IMG/VR virus record: IMGVR_UViG_3300027852_000470 | Location: 1-28,080 of that record | Strand: one strand, 5' to 3' | DNA: 28,080 nt | Origin: a virus | Lineage: Duplodnaviria > Caudoviricetes | In this document: positions 1-7,406 of the stretch, piece by piece | Layout: every line of letters begins with the position of its first letter | Position numbering within the stretch: the stretch's first letter is position 1 | Notes under the pieces: generated by a model | Seen by the model: the letters and a program-made list of their open reading frames with translations, nothing else | Databases searched by the model: none | Told to the model about the DNA's origin: nothing | Program-made: the position numbers and the translations under genes

Positions 1-51
1 GTCCGGGCTCAGGTCGGGGCTCAGGTCGGGGATCAGGTCGGGGATCAGGTC
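1..51 (+). repeat. 12-bp tandem repeat GTC(C/G)GGG(C/A)TCAG, 4 full copies visible, truncated by the window edge
   Basis: gtccgggctcag gtcggggctcag gtcggggatcag gtcggggatcag gtc, encoding V-x-x-Q units. Confidence 0.95.
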
Positions 52-684
52 TACGGGAACCATGACGCATCATGGCTTGGTTTTTATGATTTTTTTAAGA
101 ATGTGCTAAATATTGGCGCCTGTAAAAAACTAAATGGTTTAATGGATTTAGCTAAATTTTGTGGTTGGTGGACACCGTATGAGAGCGCCGCAATTTTACA
201 GGATCGCCCGCAAAAAATACATTTCGATAATCAAAAAAAACTACACAACGAAGCCGGACCGGCGATTATGTATCGTGATGGCTTCTCTGTTTTTTCGTGG
301 CACGGAACCCGCGTTCCTGAAAAATGGATAATGGAGAAAGAAACTATTGACCCGACAGAAATTCTACAATGTAAAGACGTAGAGCAGCGGGCAGTCGGTG
401 CTGAAATTATTGGATGGCCCAGAATATCGGAACAGCTTGACAGAAGGGTCATTGATGGCGACCCTGAAACAGACGTTGGAGCGTTAGTAGAATTAACGAT
501 GCCGGGGCTTTCGCGACCCGGCAGATTTCTGCAAGCAAAATGCCCTCGCAACGGAATTATATGTGAAGGTGTACCTTATACCAGCGATGTTGACGACAAG
601 CCCATTGAAACCGCAATGGCCGCGCAGGCTTGGCGTGATGGAATATCGCAAGTCGAATATGAACACCCTATTTTTAGAACTTGA
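1..684 (+). CDS. DUF6745-like phage protein, 5'-truncated, with N-terminal QVxx tetrapeptide repeats
   Basis: Frame 1 is open from base 1 (VRAQVGAQVGDQVGDQVYGNHDASWLGFYDFF...), so the ORF extends upstream of the track start at 103. Motifs GWWTPY, LHNEAGPAI-YRDGF-WHG and DVEQR resemble DUF6745. Confidence 0.75.
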   Translation, partial: VRAQVGAQVGDQVGDQVYGNHDASWLGFYDFFKNVLNIGACKKLNGLMDLAKFCGWWTPYESAAILQDRPQKIHFDNQKKLHNEAGPAIMYRDGFSVFSWHGTRVPEKWIMEKETIDPTEILQCKDVEQRAVGAEIIGWPRISEQLDRRVIDGDPETDVGALVELTMPGLSRPGRFLQAKCPRNGIICEGVPYTSDVDDKPIETAMAAQAWRDGISQVEYEHPIFRT

Positions 685-697
685 ACAGGAGATTAAA

Positions 698-1051
698 ATG
701 AAAAAAATTATAGCAGCACAAGGCGAAGTACGTATTTATAAAATTGATACGCTGCCTGAAGGTATGGAAACCGTGAATGTTGAAAAGAACATGCGCGGTG
801 ATCACATCATATCTCACAGTGAAAAAGGCCATCATCACGTGTTACCCGGCGATGCTGAGGTAATGGAGCGTGTTGATAATGTTCCAGCCGGGATGCAGAT
901 ATTCTATGCAATGCTGGATAACCCGGGGGCCTTGGTTCAGGATGCTTCAGACGCGCATGAAAAAGTTGATCTTGATGCAGGTCTTTACGAATTCAGGATA
1001 GCCCGTGAGTTTAACCCTTTCACAGAAGAAGCTCGACGGGTAGCAGATTAA
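698..1051 (+). CDS. His-rich hypothetical phage protein (117 aa), typical neighbour of DUF6745 genes
   Basis: AGGAG at 687-691 favours ATG 698 over the track start 563. Motifs QGEV, HSEKGHHH, YEFRIAREFNP, C-terminal RRVAD. Confidence 0.75.
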   Translation: MKKIIAAQGEVRIYKIDTLPEGMETVNVEKNMRGDHIISHSEKGHHHVLPGDAEVMERVDNVPAGMQIFYAMLDNPGALVQDASDAHEKVDLDAGLYEFRIAREFNPFTEEARRVAD

Positions 1052-1084
1052 ACAATCCCCCGCGAAACGCATAGGAGATAGAGG

Positions 1085-1276
1085 ATGGATAAAATAAAAC
1101 ATTTATTGGATGCGATGGTAAGCCTTCTTATTGCTTTCACAGTATTGTTACTAATGGGGGTGTTCTTGTTTACTGGCTCCATTCCGGGAATGGATGAAGT
1201 GCATTTATGGTCACTGCAAGAGGCCACTTTCTTTGGTTTACTGTTTGTCGCTGCTGCGATTTATTTTAAAAGTTGA
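1085..1276 (+). CDS. small two-TM membrane protein
   Basis: AGGAG SD; two hydrophobic stretches. Confidence 0.7.
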   Translation: MDKIKHLLDAMVSLLIAFTVLLLMGVFLFTGSIPGMDEVHLWSLQEATFFGLLFVAAAIYFKS

Positions 1277-1299
1277 TGCCAAAGATAAGGAGATAGAGG

Positions 1300-1566
1300 A
1301 TGGAACTGTATTTAACGGAAATATTCAAATCTAAAAAACAAGAAAAACCAAAACCATTACCGCGATTTAATGTTGGCGAATGGGTTTTATACCAGAATAA
1401 ACTTGAATGTATCTGGTTGGTTCATGATAATCCTGATTATGGGTATTTGTATACGCTTACACAAGACAACGGAAAACACTCGCACGGTTCACTTGTGGAA
1501 AAATGGCTTACTAAGCTTGAAATACCGAGGGCGTTTATTGCTGATATTGTGAAAGCCGAAACATGA
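1300..1566 (+). CDS. hypothetical protein, possible SH3-like beta fold
   Basis: AGGAG SD; PRFNVGEWV motif; ATGA overlap with the next gene. Confidence 0.65.
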   Translation: MELYLTEIFKSKKQEKPKPLPRFNVGEWVLYQNKLECIWLVHDNPDYGYLYTLTQDNGKHSHGSLVEKWLTKLEIPRAFIADIVKAET

Positions 1567-1874
1567 CATACAGCGACTTCCTGAAAACACAGTCTTGCAT
1601 CGTCACCAACGACACGGCGACCGACTATATGGCTATCGACCCTGCACATATCCGCAAAGGGGCCAATGGCGGGTTAAACAAGAAACCCTCCGATCAGTTT
1701 ATTATACCGCTTCGCCATGACTTACACCAGTTGCAGCATTCAATGGGAGAACGCAGTTTTTGGCTTTCCGTATTCAACAACGAAATAGATGGCGTTTATT
1801 ACGGTGAGCAAGTGATGTTTGAGGCTTTGCTTGCTTTGTCAGAGAAGCAATACAAGGTTTGGAAAAATGGCTAA
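1563..1874 (+). CDS. DUF968-like putative HNH/His-Me nuclease
   Basis: C...DPAHIR-G--GG---KPSD--IIPL----H--QH--GE--FW pattern. Confidence 0.65.
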   Translation: MTYSDFLKTQSCIVTNDTATDYMAIDPAHIRKGANGGLNKKPSDQFIIPLRHDLHQLQHSMGERSFWLSVFNNEIDGVYYGEQVMFEALLALSEKQYKVWKNG

Positions 1875-1926
1875 AGAAGTAAGAGTGCGGAAGGATGCTG
1901 AAGGGAAATATTGGAATGTCAAATGA
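1867..1926 (+). CDS. 19-aa mini-ORF MAKEVRVRKDAEGKYWNVK
   Basis: ATG overlaps the upstream stop by 8 nt (ATGGCTAA) and the ORF end overlaps the next start; read by hand. Confidence 0.4.
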   Translation: MAKEVRVRKDAEGKYWNVK

Positions 1927-2344
1927 ACTTTACTGGCTGCGCAGAACTATAGGCGGGTATGCTCCCGCTGACAATCGAACAGAGGAAAGGTCCAACAAAT
2001 TCAAACTTGATGAATTAGTTGGCACCAAGTTTGAAAAAATACGCGCACCGAGACACCATAGATTTTATTTCGCTATGCTTCGCCAGGTACTAAAGCAGCA
2101 AGAATATTATAAGTCTGAAAGCCATTTATTGCATGGCCTGAAATTATACTTTGGTATGATTGAAAACGAAGTAATTCTGAAAGATGGCAGAACAACATAT
2201 GAACTAGAATCAATCGCATTCAACAGAATGGACGAAATCAGATTCACCGAGCTTGTGAAGAAGACGAAAGACTTTATTGCCGCCGAGGTGCTTCCCGGGA
2301 TTACAGAGGCAGAAATGCGGAGAGAAATAGAAGGTTTTTTATAA
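1916..2344 (+). CDS. DUF1367-like protein (nin/recombination region)
   Basis: PAD...K-R----HRFYFAML, SIAFNRMDE--F motifs. ATG 1916 is the likelier start (track gives 1895). Confidence 0.7.
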   Translation: MSNELYWLRRTIGGYAPADNRTEERSNKFKLDELVGTKFEKIRAPRHHRFYFAMLRQVLKQQEYYKSESHLLHGLKLYFGMIENEVILKDGRTTYELESIAFNRMDEIRFTELVKKTKDFIAAEVLPGITEAEMRREIEGFL

Positions 2345-2390
2345 TACATGGATTGGACAAGAACGATCTGGCGAGAGAGCTTGAAGGATT

Positions 2391-2732
2391 TTGACAGTGA
2401 AAGTAATCGACCACAAAAACAGCGAACAATACATGCAGCGCAAGAAAACACCAGACGGAAGGTTTATGCATTGTTGCTGCGTATGTGGGTATATTGATGC
2501 TTGGAGCGGCGCATGGTCTTGGTACGGGAGCCTGCTAGAGATAGACGATGGAGATGCTGTTGCTAAATTCTGCTCTCAAATATGTAATACAGCCGGAGGG
2601 GAGGATGCGGAAAACGTGACCGACGAAATGAAGAAAACAGCGCGAGACAACGAATGGCGACCGCCGATTACTAGGTATCGAGAAGCCACTGACGCCGAAA
2701 AATACAACGCTGCGCTCAATAATAAAAAATGA
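2391..2732 (+). CDS. putative zinc-finger protein
   Basis: HCCCVCG...FCSQIC cysteine pairs; start codon uncertain (TTG 2391 or GTG 2397). Confidence 0.6.
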   Translation: MTVKVIDHKNSEQYMQRKKTPDGRFMHCCCVCGYIDAWSGAWSWYGSLLEIDDGDAVAKFCSQICNTAGGEDAENVTDEMKKTARDNEWRPPITRYREATDAEKYNAALNNKK

Positions 2733-2755
2733 CACTACGATAAAAGGAAACCACA

Positions 2756-3358
2756 ATGCCAATAACAACAAACCTGACACCAGAAGACATTGAAAGAATG
2801 AAAGGGCTTTATGAATCCGCCGGGCCTGAGTTTGTGAAAATAAGCGATCTGGCGGCGATGTTCGGAGTAGCTCGAACCAGAATTTGCATCATGCATAAAC
2901 AGCTTGGGTGGGTGCGGTCGCCTGAATATTTCGCTCATATCAAACAAAACAGGTACAGGTTCAAGCGATGGGAAAGCTTGACCGAGACAGAGACAGAAGA
3001 TGCCCGTGTTTTGTTTGAGGAAACAGCAACGCTCGGGCTAACAATATCCCGGCATCTAGGGATTTCACAGGCTCAGTTTGCCGCAATGCTAGCCGCTAAA
3101 AAATGGAAGCGAGGGAAAGCGTTCAAAGAAGACCTTGCCAAGAAAAAGAAGACAACAGCGGCGTTACGTGGAACAAGAGAAAAGGCTTTGTCTCGCCATT
3201 CAGACCCGTGGCGGGATGCCATCGCCGCCATAAACGAAGCGCGTACAGATCAGGGGATGGACCCAATAAATTCAGCAAGTTTGCAGTTTAGTGCCGAGAC
3301 TATGAAGGGCTCGTTTAACCCGGATTGCAGGTTTTCCGAATTCAGACACACAGAATAA
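2756..3358 (+). CDS. putative tandem HTH DNA-binding protein
   Basis: AAGGA SD; two HTH-like units (ISDLAAMFGVARTRI...GW and ISRHLGISQAQF...KW); basic C-terminal half. Confidence 0.55.
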   Translation: MPITTNLTPEDIERMKGLYESAGPEFVKISDLAAMFGVARTRICIMHKQLGWVRSPEYFAHIKQNRYRFKRWESLTETETEDARVLFEETATLGLTISRHLGISQAQFAAMLAAKKWKRGKAFKEDLAKKKKTTAALRGTREKALSRHSDPWRDAIAAINEARTDQGMDPINSASLQFSAETMKGSFNPDCRFSEFRHTE

Positions 3359-3362
3359 TAGC

Positions 3363-3391
3363 TTGCATTCGATGTGAATATGTTTTATATT
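3363..3391 (+). promoter_or_regulatory. sigma70-type promoter TTGCAT-N17-TATATT
   Basis: -35 at 3363-3368, -10 at 3386-3391, intergenic, followed by GAGGAGG SD. Confidence 0.7.
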
Positions 3392-3415
3392 GAAGCAGTA
3401 AGAGGAGGCAATTAG

Positions 3416-3649
3416 ATGACCACGGACGATATACCGATACATCTTTTCAATTACGATTGGTACGGTCAAAAATGGTCGTTTCAAATAGCGGCGAACTCGA
3501 AGGAGGATGCTGAAGAAATACTGGCCGCACTTCCATTCAGGGCCAGATATGACGGTCCTCTTTTCGCGTCCATCCCCGGCGATATTCCTGCTGCCGGATT
3601 TATGGCAAGATTTATAGTTTGGTGGAAAAATTTATGGACCCATGGCTAA
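3416..3649 (+). CDS. hypothetical protein
   Basis: Strong SD directly downstream of the promoter. Confidence 0.7.
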   Translation: MTTDDIPIHLFNYDWYGQKWSFQIAANSKEDAEEILAALPFRARYDGPLFASIPGDIPAAGFMARFIVWWKNLWTHG

Positions 3650-3669
3650 AATAAGAGGAGAGAAAAGTT

Positions 3670-3936
3670 ATGATTAGCTTCGATACAGAAAACGCAAAGA
3701 TATATACCATTGTAGACAGTGCTGAAGATCGCCTAAAAGCCGCTGGTTATGTTGTTGGCGCTGTCGTAAAAAGCGGGCGCGATGAATACAAACTCACAAG
3801 GGTCCGCGTGGACACTAATAGGTCCGGGATTTATATATCACTAATGGGGCGCAAAAGATTGAAATCTGGCTGTTTTGGTATTCGTGAATGTCATGTTTGG
3901 AGTGATTCAAATGTTGAGGTAATAACCAATGACTGA
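3670..3936 (+). CDS. hypothetical protein
   Basis: GAGGAG SD; 8-nt overlap with the next gene. Confidence 0.65.
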   Translation: MISFDTENAKIYTIVDSAEDRLKAAGYVVGAVVKSGRDEYKLTRVRVDTNRSGIYISLMGRKRLKSGCFGIRECHVWSDSNVEVITND

Positions 3937-4267
3937 CAAGACAGAGGCGGTGGCTAGCGGAATGTTGGACGCAATTGGAAATCGCAATAATTTAAGTGAT
4001 GAGCAATGGCTCGTGACAGTAGCCCAAGCCGCCATAGAAGCTTATGACCTATGGTTAGCTGAGAATGCTTGGCAGGATATAAGCACAGCGCCGAATGATG
4101 GGCGAATGATATGGACATATAACAAGCTTTGTTCAACTGAGCCAAAACTAAGGCCCGCTGACGGTGGTTTTTGGCGATACGAAATAGAGCATGGATCAAA
4201 AGTAATGCCTATGATTTGGTGCGAACAACATATACCAGCCCCACCAGCACAGGAGAGCGATAAATGA
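3929..4267 (+). CDS. DUF551-like phage protein
   Basis: WQDISTAPNDG...W----PAPP signature. Confidence 0.6.
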   Translation: MTDKTEAVASGMLDAIGNRNNLSDEQWLVTVAQAAIEAYDLWLAENAWQDISTAPNDGRMIWTYNKLCSTEPKLRPADGGFWRYEIEHGSKVMPMIWCEQHIPAPPAQESDK

Positions 4268-4458
4268 CGTTTAAATATATCAACGATTATTATGGGCTGT
4301 CGGTAAAGCGTGGCTCAAAAATCAAATTCCAAGGCACTCCCTGTACTGTTGTTAGCGCCCCCTGCCATTATTTGAATGTGGTCAAAGACGACACGGGAAA
4401 CAGGCTAAACAACCTTCATCCAACTTGGGAAATAGAATATTTGGACCAACAACCATAA
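4264..4458 (+). CDS. small phage hypothetical protein
   Basis: YINDYYG...KRG and LHPTWEIEYL motifs; AGGAG SD. Confidence 0.7.
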   Translation: MTFKYINDYYGLSVKRGSKIKFQGTPCTVVSAPCHYLNVVKDDTGNRLNNLHPTWEIEYLDQQP

Positions 4459-4516
4459 CCCGCTTACCAGCCACAGGAGAATAGAGATATGCCCCTATCT
4501 GTAAACGTGAGGTGAT

Positions 4517-4717
4517 GTGATGCTTTGGCTAATGCAGTTAATATTCAATATTCATGCACGGAATAACGAGTTGAAAGTAATCAAAAATATTTCATGGATA
4601 CCATATCGTGATGCAATCTCAGGAGAATTATGCTGGCCTACTGCGCGGGTAGTTTACAAAGGCGGTCAAGTTTTTACATCGTCTCCAATATGGCCAACAC
4701 TAAAGCAGAAAGGCTGA
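4517..4717 (+). CDS. hypothetical protein
   Basis: GAGGTG SD at 4509-4514; stop abuts the next ATG. Confidence 0.5.
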   Translation: MMLWLMQLIFNIHARNNELKVIKNISWIPYRDAISGELCWPTARVVYKGGQVFTSSPIWPTLKQKG

Positions 4718-5167
4718 ATGATGAGTGATATTAAAGTAGAGGGTTTATATTGCCCGGAATGCGGTGAACCTCATGTGGACGTTGGCCAATGGGCGACAAA
4801 GCCACACCACAAACATTTGTGCCATCACTGTTTTCATATTTGGGATGTTCACCCGTACACCTGCGGTTCGGGAGCGTATAGGGATGGTGGCAAGTCAAAG
4901 CTGCGGGCTGAAGGCTTTGAAAGCGGCTGTTTATATTCGGCTATCGAAATCACAGCACTCAGGGCAGAGCGTGAAGACCTAAAGCATGACATTGGTGAAG
5001 CATTAAAGGCCAACACAGCCGAGCAACTGGATAACGAAAAGCTACAGGCAAGGTATATCAAAACACTGGAAATCGTCTGTGAGGAATTTAGATATTTGTC
5101 GCGACCTATACCGAAGCATATTGAAATCGAACTGGCAACGATGAAGAAAGGCAATAGCGATGGATGA
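4718..5167 (+). CDS. zinc-finger plus coiled-coil phage protein
   Basis: CPECGEPHVD...PHHKHLCHHC followed by a heptad-like region. Confidence 0.65.
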   Translation: MMSDIKVEGLYCPECGEPHVDVGQWATKPHHKHLCHHCFHIWDVHPYTCGSGAYRDGGKSKLRAEGFESGCLYSAIEITALRAEREDLKHDIGEALKANTAEQLDNEKLQARYIKTLEIVCEEFRYLSRPIPKHIEIELATMKKGNSDG

Positions 5168-5249
5168 CATAGAAACTATATTTAACATAATACATTTAAT
5201 CACTGTCGTGGTCGGCGTGTTAATTGTATTGAAGATGTTGAAAAGTTAA
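5160..5249 (+). CDS. 29-aa single-TM peptide MDDIETIFNIIHLITVVVGVLIVLKMLKS (not in track)
   Basis: 8-nt ATGGATGA overlap with the upstream stop; AAGG upstream; hydrophobic core with basic tail. Confidence 0.55.
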   Translation: MDDIETIFNIIHLITVVVGVLIVLKMLKS

Positions 5250-5280
5250 CGACTACCGATCGCCGATGGATAGCATCTTG

Positions 5281-5313
5281 AAAGCAAAAGGCCCCGTTTG
5301 GCGCCGGGGCCTT
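5281..5313 (-). terminator. intrinsic terminator at the convergence of the two arms, possibly bidirectional
   Basis: 9-bp stem AAGGCCCCG (5288-5296) / CGGGGCCTT (5305-5313); T-rich tail TTTTGCTTT on the minus strand. Confidence 0.8.
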
Positions 5314-5351
5314 AATACTGAGTAGAGACTTTAACGTAAGGAAATACCTAA
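5281..5351 (-). ncRNA. candidate sRNA of about 70 nt
   Basis: Bounded by the promoter at 5385-5358 and the terminator; contains no ATG. Confidence 0.45.
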
Positions 5352-5357
5352 AAAAGT

Positions 5358-5385
5358 ATTCTACCAAAATTACACCAGATTGCAA
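5358..5385 (-). promoter_or_regulatory. promoter TTGCAA-N16-TAGAAT with extended -10 (TGn)
   Basis: Minus strand reads TTGCAA TCTGGTGTAATTTTGG TAGAAT. Confidence 0.6.
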
Positions 5386-5408
5386 CCCCTAACTAACAAT
5401 ACCGTTAA

Positions 5409-5582
5409 TTACTTTTTACCGATAGCATGGCGCACAGTAGACAGCCCTAGCGCACCAAACACAATTTCTATTGCATCTATGATTGAAAGTTCGCCATCAA
5501 TATAACCTACAGCGGCTCCCGCGATGGCAATAAATGCCAGAAGATAGGTTTTATATCCGTTAAGCTTGCTAATTTTTATCAA
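5409..5582 (-). CDS. 57-aa two-TM holin-like protein (not in track)
   Basis: MIKISKLNGYKTYLLAFIAIAGAAVGYIDGELSIIDAIEIVFGALGLSTVRHAIGKK; TTG start overlaps the upstream TGA; GYKTY...LGL--VRHAI pattern. Confidence 0.7.
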   Translation of the reverse strand: MIKISKLNGYKTYLLAFIAIAGAAVGYIDGELSIIDAIEIVFGALGLSTVRHAIGKK

Positions 5583-5803
5583 TGCTCTAATCCTTCCTTT
5601 AGCCTGTTCAGACGTATCAGATCTTCAATCCGCTCCTTTTCCAGCCAGATTATACCCTGCTCAATCTTTGAATGAACGGCATTGTGTTCCTTGATTAGTA
5701 TGTCTATTGCCTTGTCTGTTATGGCGTCGGCTTTTTCGTCAACTCTGACAGCAGCAGCACAGCCAGAAGCAAGTAATAGCGAAATGATTAATATTGCTTT
5801 CAT
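5579..5803 (-). CDS. lipoprotein, candidate o-spanin
   Basis: Signal peptide with lipobox LASGC; helical mature part; downstream of endolysin. Confidence 0.55.
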   Translation of the reverse strand: MKAILIISLLLASGCAAAVRVDEKADAITDKAIDILIKEHNAVHSKIEQGIIWLEKERIEDLIRLNRLKEGLEH

Positions 5804-6099
5804 GATTTACCCTTTTCCGCGTTTGCTATCTGCCGGCTGATATCTTTCAACTGAACTTTTAAATCTCGTAGTCGTTCCTTTAATGCCTGTGTTTCCCCGG
5901 TTGATTTTATTCTATCTTCAGTATCCCATATTCTGCGCTGGATATCCCTGCGGCTGTCATACATGATGGCAAGGCTGTTGCCTGCTACTTGTTCCGCAAT
6001 CTCTGTAACCTCTGACAACATGGCAGGACGATCTATCACCACGCCCGCTGTGAGAGTGCCTAACACAGCTAAAACACCGCCCATCATCTTTTTGTCCAT
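5800..6099 (-). CDS. N-terminal membrane anchor plus coiled coil, candidate i-spanin
   Basis: GGVLAVLGTLTAGVVI then charged heptads; lies between endolysin and lipoprotein. Confidence 0.5.
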   Translation of the reverse strand: MDKKMMGGVLAVLGTLTAGVVIDRPAMLSEVTEIAEQVAGNSLAIMYDSRRDIQRRIWDTEDRIKSTGETQALKERLRDLKVQLKDISRQIANAEKGKS

Positions 6100-6100
6100 G

Positions 6101-6556
6101 TCATGACCTGCTTAAACTCTGCGCAGCAATATATTTTTCAACCGTCCCGCGACCTAATGGCGTATTATAATGTTGTTTCCAATATGCTGCCCTGCCCTCT
6201 TCTGTGTCTGGAATCGGGTCCGGTTTCATCCAGTAATGTATCCGACAGATGGCCGTGGCAAATTTCAGATTCCAGATTATTTGTGATACGCCAGGCACAT
6301 CGTTACCGACAACCATCGCCATGATCTTGGCTAGCATTGCAGGACGTGCCTTCAAGTACCGATCGGTTATGTCTTCGTATGTTGCTGGCTCACACTGATA
6401 GAATCCCACAGCAGGCCCGTTAATCTGTTTTAGGTGGTGAAACCCGCTTTCAACCATTCCTGTGCCTATAACAAGCTCCACCGCGTTCTCAGAGTACATT
6501 CCAAGCTCTCGAAGCGTTGGTCTGATGATAAGGTCGCGTAGGTGGTCTATGTTCAT
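6101..6556 (-). CDS. endolysin, lysozyme-like/transglycosylase fold
   Basis: ES catalytic motif (VESG), GPAVGFYQCEPAT, YWKQHYNT-LG-GT; ATG 6556 overlaps the upstream TGA. Confidence 0.8.
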   Translation of the reverse strand: MNIDHLRDLIIRPTLRELGMYSENAVELVIGTGMVESGFHHLKQINGPAVGFYQCEPATYEDITDRYLKARPAMLAKIMAMVVGNDVPGVSQIIWNLKFATAICRIHYWMKPDPIPDTEEGRAAYWKQHYNTPLGRGTVEKYIAAQSLSRS

Positions 6557-6672
6557 TGAGCGAGCCCGGCGGCCATAACCATCCATTCCTGAATCGTATC
6601 AGCCCACTTGCCAAGCGAAAAACTTGCAAACACAACGCCCGCACCACCGAATAACGCTACTATCTTTGTCAT
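6553..6672 (-). CDS. 39-aa hydrophobic peptide (not in track)
   Basis: MTKIVALFGGAGVVFASFSLGKWADTIQEWMVMAAGLAQ; ATGA overlaps at both ends. Confidence 0.65.
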   Translation of the reverse strand: MTKIVALFGGAGVVFASFSLGKWADTIQEWMVMAAGLAQ

Positions 6673-6842
6673 TGCCCACCGCCCTTGCTTGTGTTAAAAA
6701 TGTAGACAACAAGGGTTACTAAAGCAGCAGCCATGCCTTTGATGGCCCACCAGAAGAACCCCATAATTCTATCAAGTTTCTTTTCAGCTTCGTCTAGCCT
6801 TTTTTCGTTTTCGCTATGGCGCTGGTTATTTGTCTTTACCAT
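6669..6842 (-). CDS. 57-aa coiled coil plus C-terminal TM protein, XhlA-like architecture (not in track)
   Basis: MVKTNNQRHSENEKRLDEAEKKLDRIMGFFWWAIKGMAAALVTLVVYIFNTSKGGGQ; starts 2 nt after the upstream stop. Confidence 0.7.
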   Translation of the reverse strand: MVKTNNQRHSENEKRLDEAEKKLDRIMGFFWWAIKGMAAALVTLVVYIFNTSKGGGQ

Positions 6843-6844
6843 CC

Positions 6845-7342
6845 CTACAACCCCGAAATATTTCCATTATGATTTTTACGGGATTTATGAAACCCGAAAT
6901 TCCCCATATCAGAAGCCCGTCTAATACGATTGCTATTAGAAAAGCGATTTCGAACAAGGTATCCACCAGCGGCCCCATACATTGCTATAATCTGGGCATA
7001 GCCTACTATATCTGCTATAATCATGCTAGTATGCAGGGATATTAAATCAATATATAGGGGCGCATAACCGAAAACTACCAGCAAGGCTATCAGGGCAACG
7101 ATAACTCTGGACAACCACAAGTCACCCTTGAACAGCATTAGAGCAAGCGCCGTTGCCGTTGTTACCGCGACAAAATACAAACTGTCATCGCCGAACGTAA
7201 AATTAGCGCGAACCGGCAAGATATAGGCAAGCCAGTTTAACCCCATGACCACGCCAACGAATAAATATCGTTTGCTGGCCAGACAAAGGGCAACAGCGGG
7301 CAAAAACGCTATCATGTATACTATTCCCCAAAACCCGAACAT
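6845..7342 (-). CDS. multi-pass (about 5 TM) membrane protein with basic C-terminal tail
   Basis: Repeated hydrophobic segments; GGGAG SD; own upstream promoter. Confidence 0.75.
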   Translation of the reverse strand: MFGFWGIVYMIAFLPAVALCLASKRYLFVGVVMGLNWLAYILPVRANFTFGDDSLYFVAVTTATALALMLFKGDLWLSRVIVALIALLVVFGYAPLYIDLISLHTSMIIADIVGYAQIIAMYGAAGGYLVRNRFSNSNRIRRASDMGNFGFHKSRKNHNGNISGL

Positions 7343-7377
7343 CTCCCACTCCCGTCAATTGCTACTTCTGAGGTTGA

Positions 7378-7406
7378 ATAATACACCACCATAATATAAA
7401 ATGCAA
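7378..7406 (-). promoter_or_regulatory. sigma70-type promoter TTGCAT-N17-TATTAT
   Basis: Minus strand reads TTGCAT TTTATATTATGGTGGTG TATTAT, intergenic. Confidence 0.65.

Noticed and set aside
1-51. Tandem repeat as a CRISPR array or origin iterons
   Set aside because: No spacers; the repeat is in frame within a coding sequence
4489-4566. Stop-codon reassignment (TGA readthrough)
   Set aside because: Long genes are intact in the standard code, and TAA, TAG and TGA all end genes at coupled junctions
5200-5385. 61-aa minus-strand ORF in the track
   Set aside because: Its TTG is the -35 box, it crosses the terminator and overlaps the plus-strand peptide
5471-5500. Additional TTGCAT as a fifth promoter
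   Set aside because: No -10 at 16-18 bp spacing and it lies within a CDS
6557-6586. Upstream endolysin start giving an MDGYGRRARS extension
   Set aside because: Lies inside the 39-aa ORF; ATG 6556 has the typical ATGA coupling
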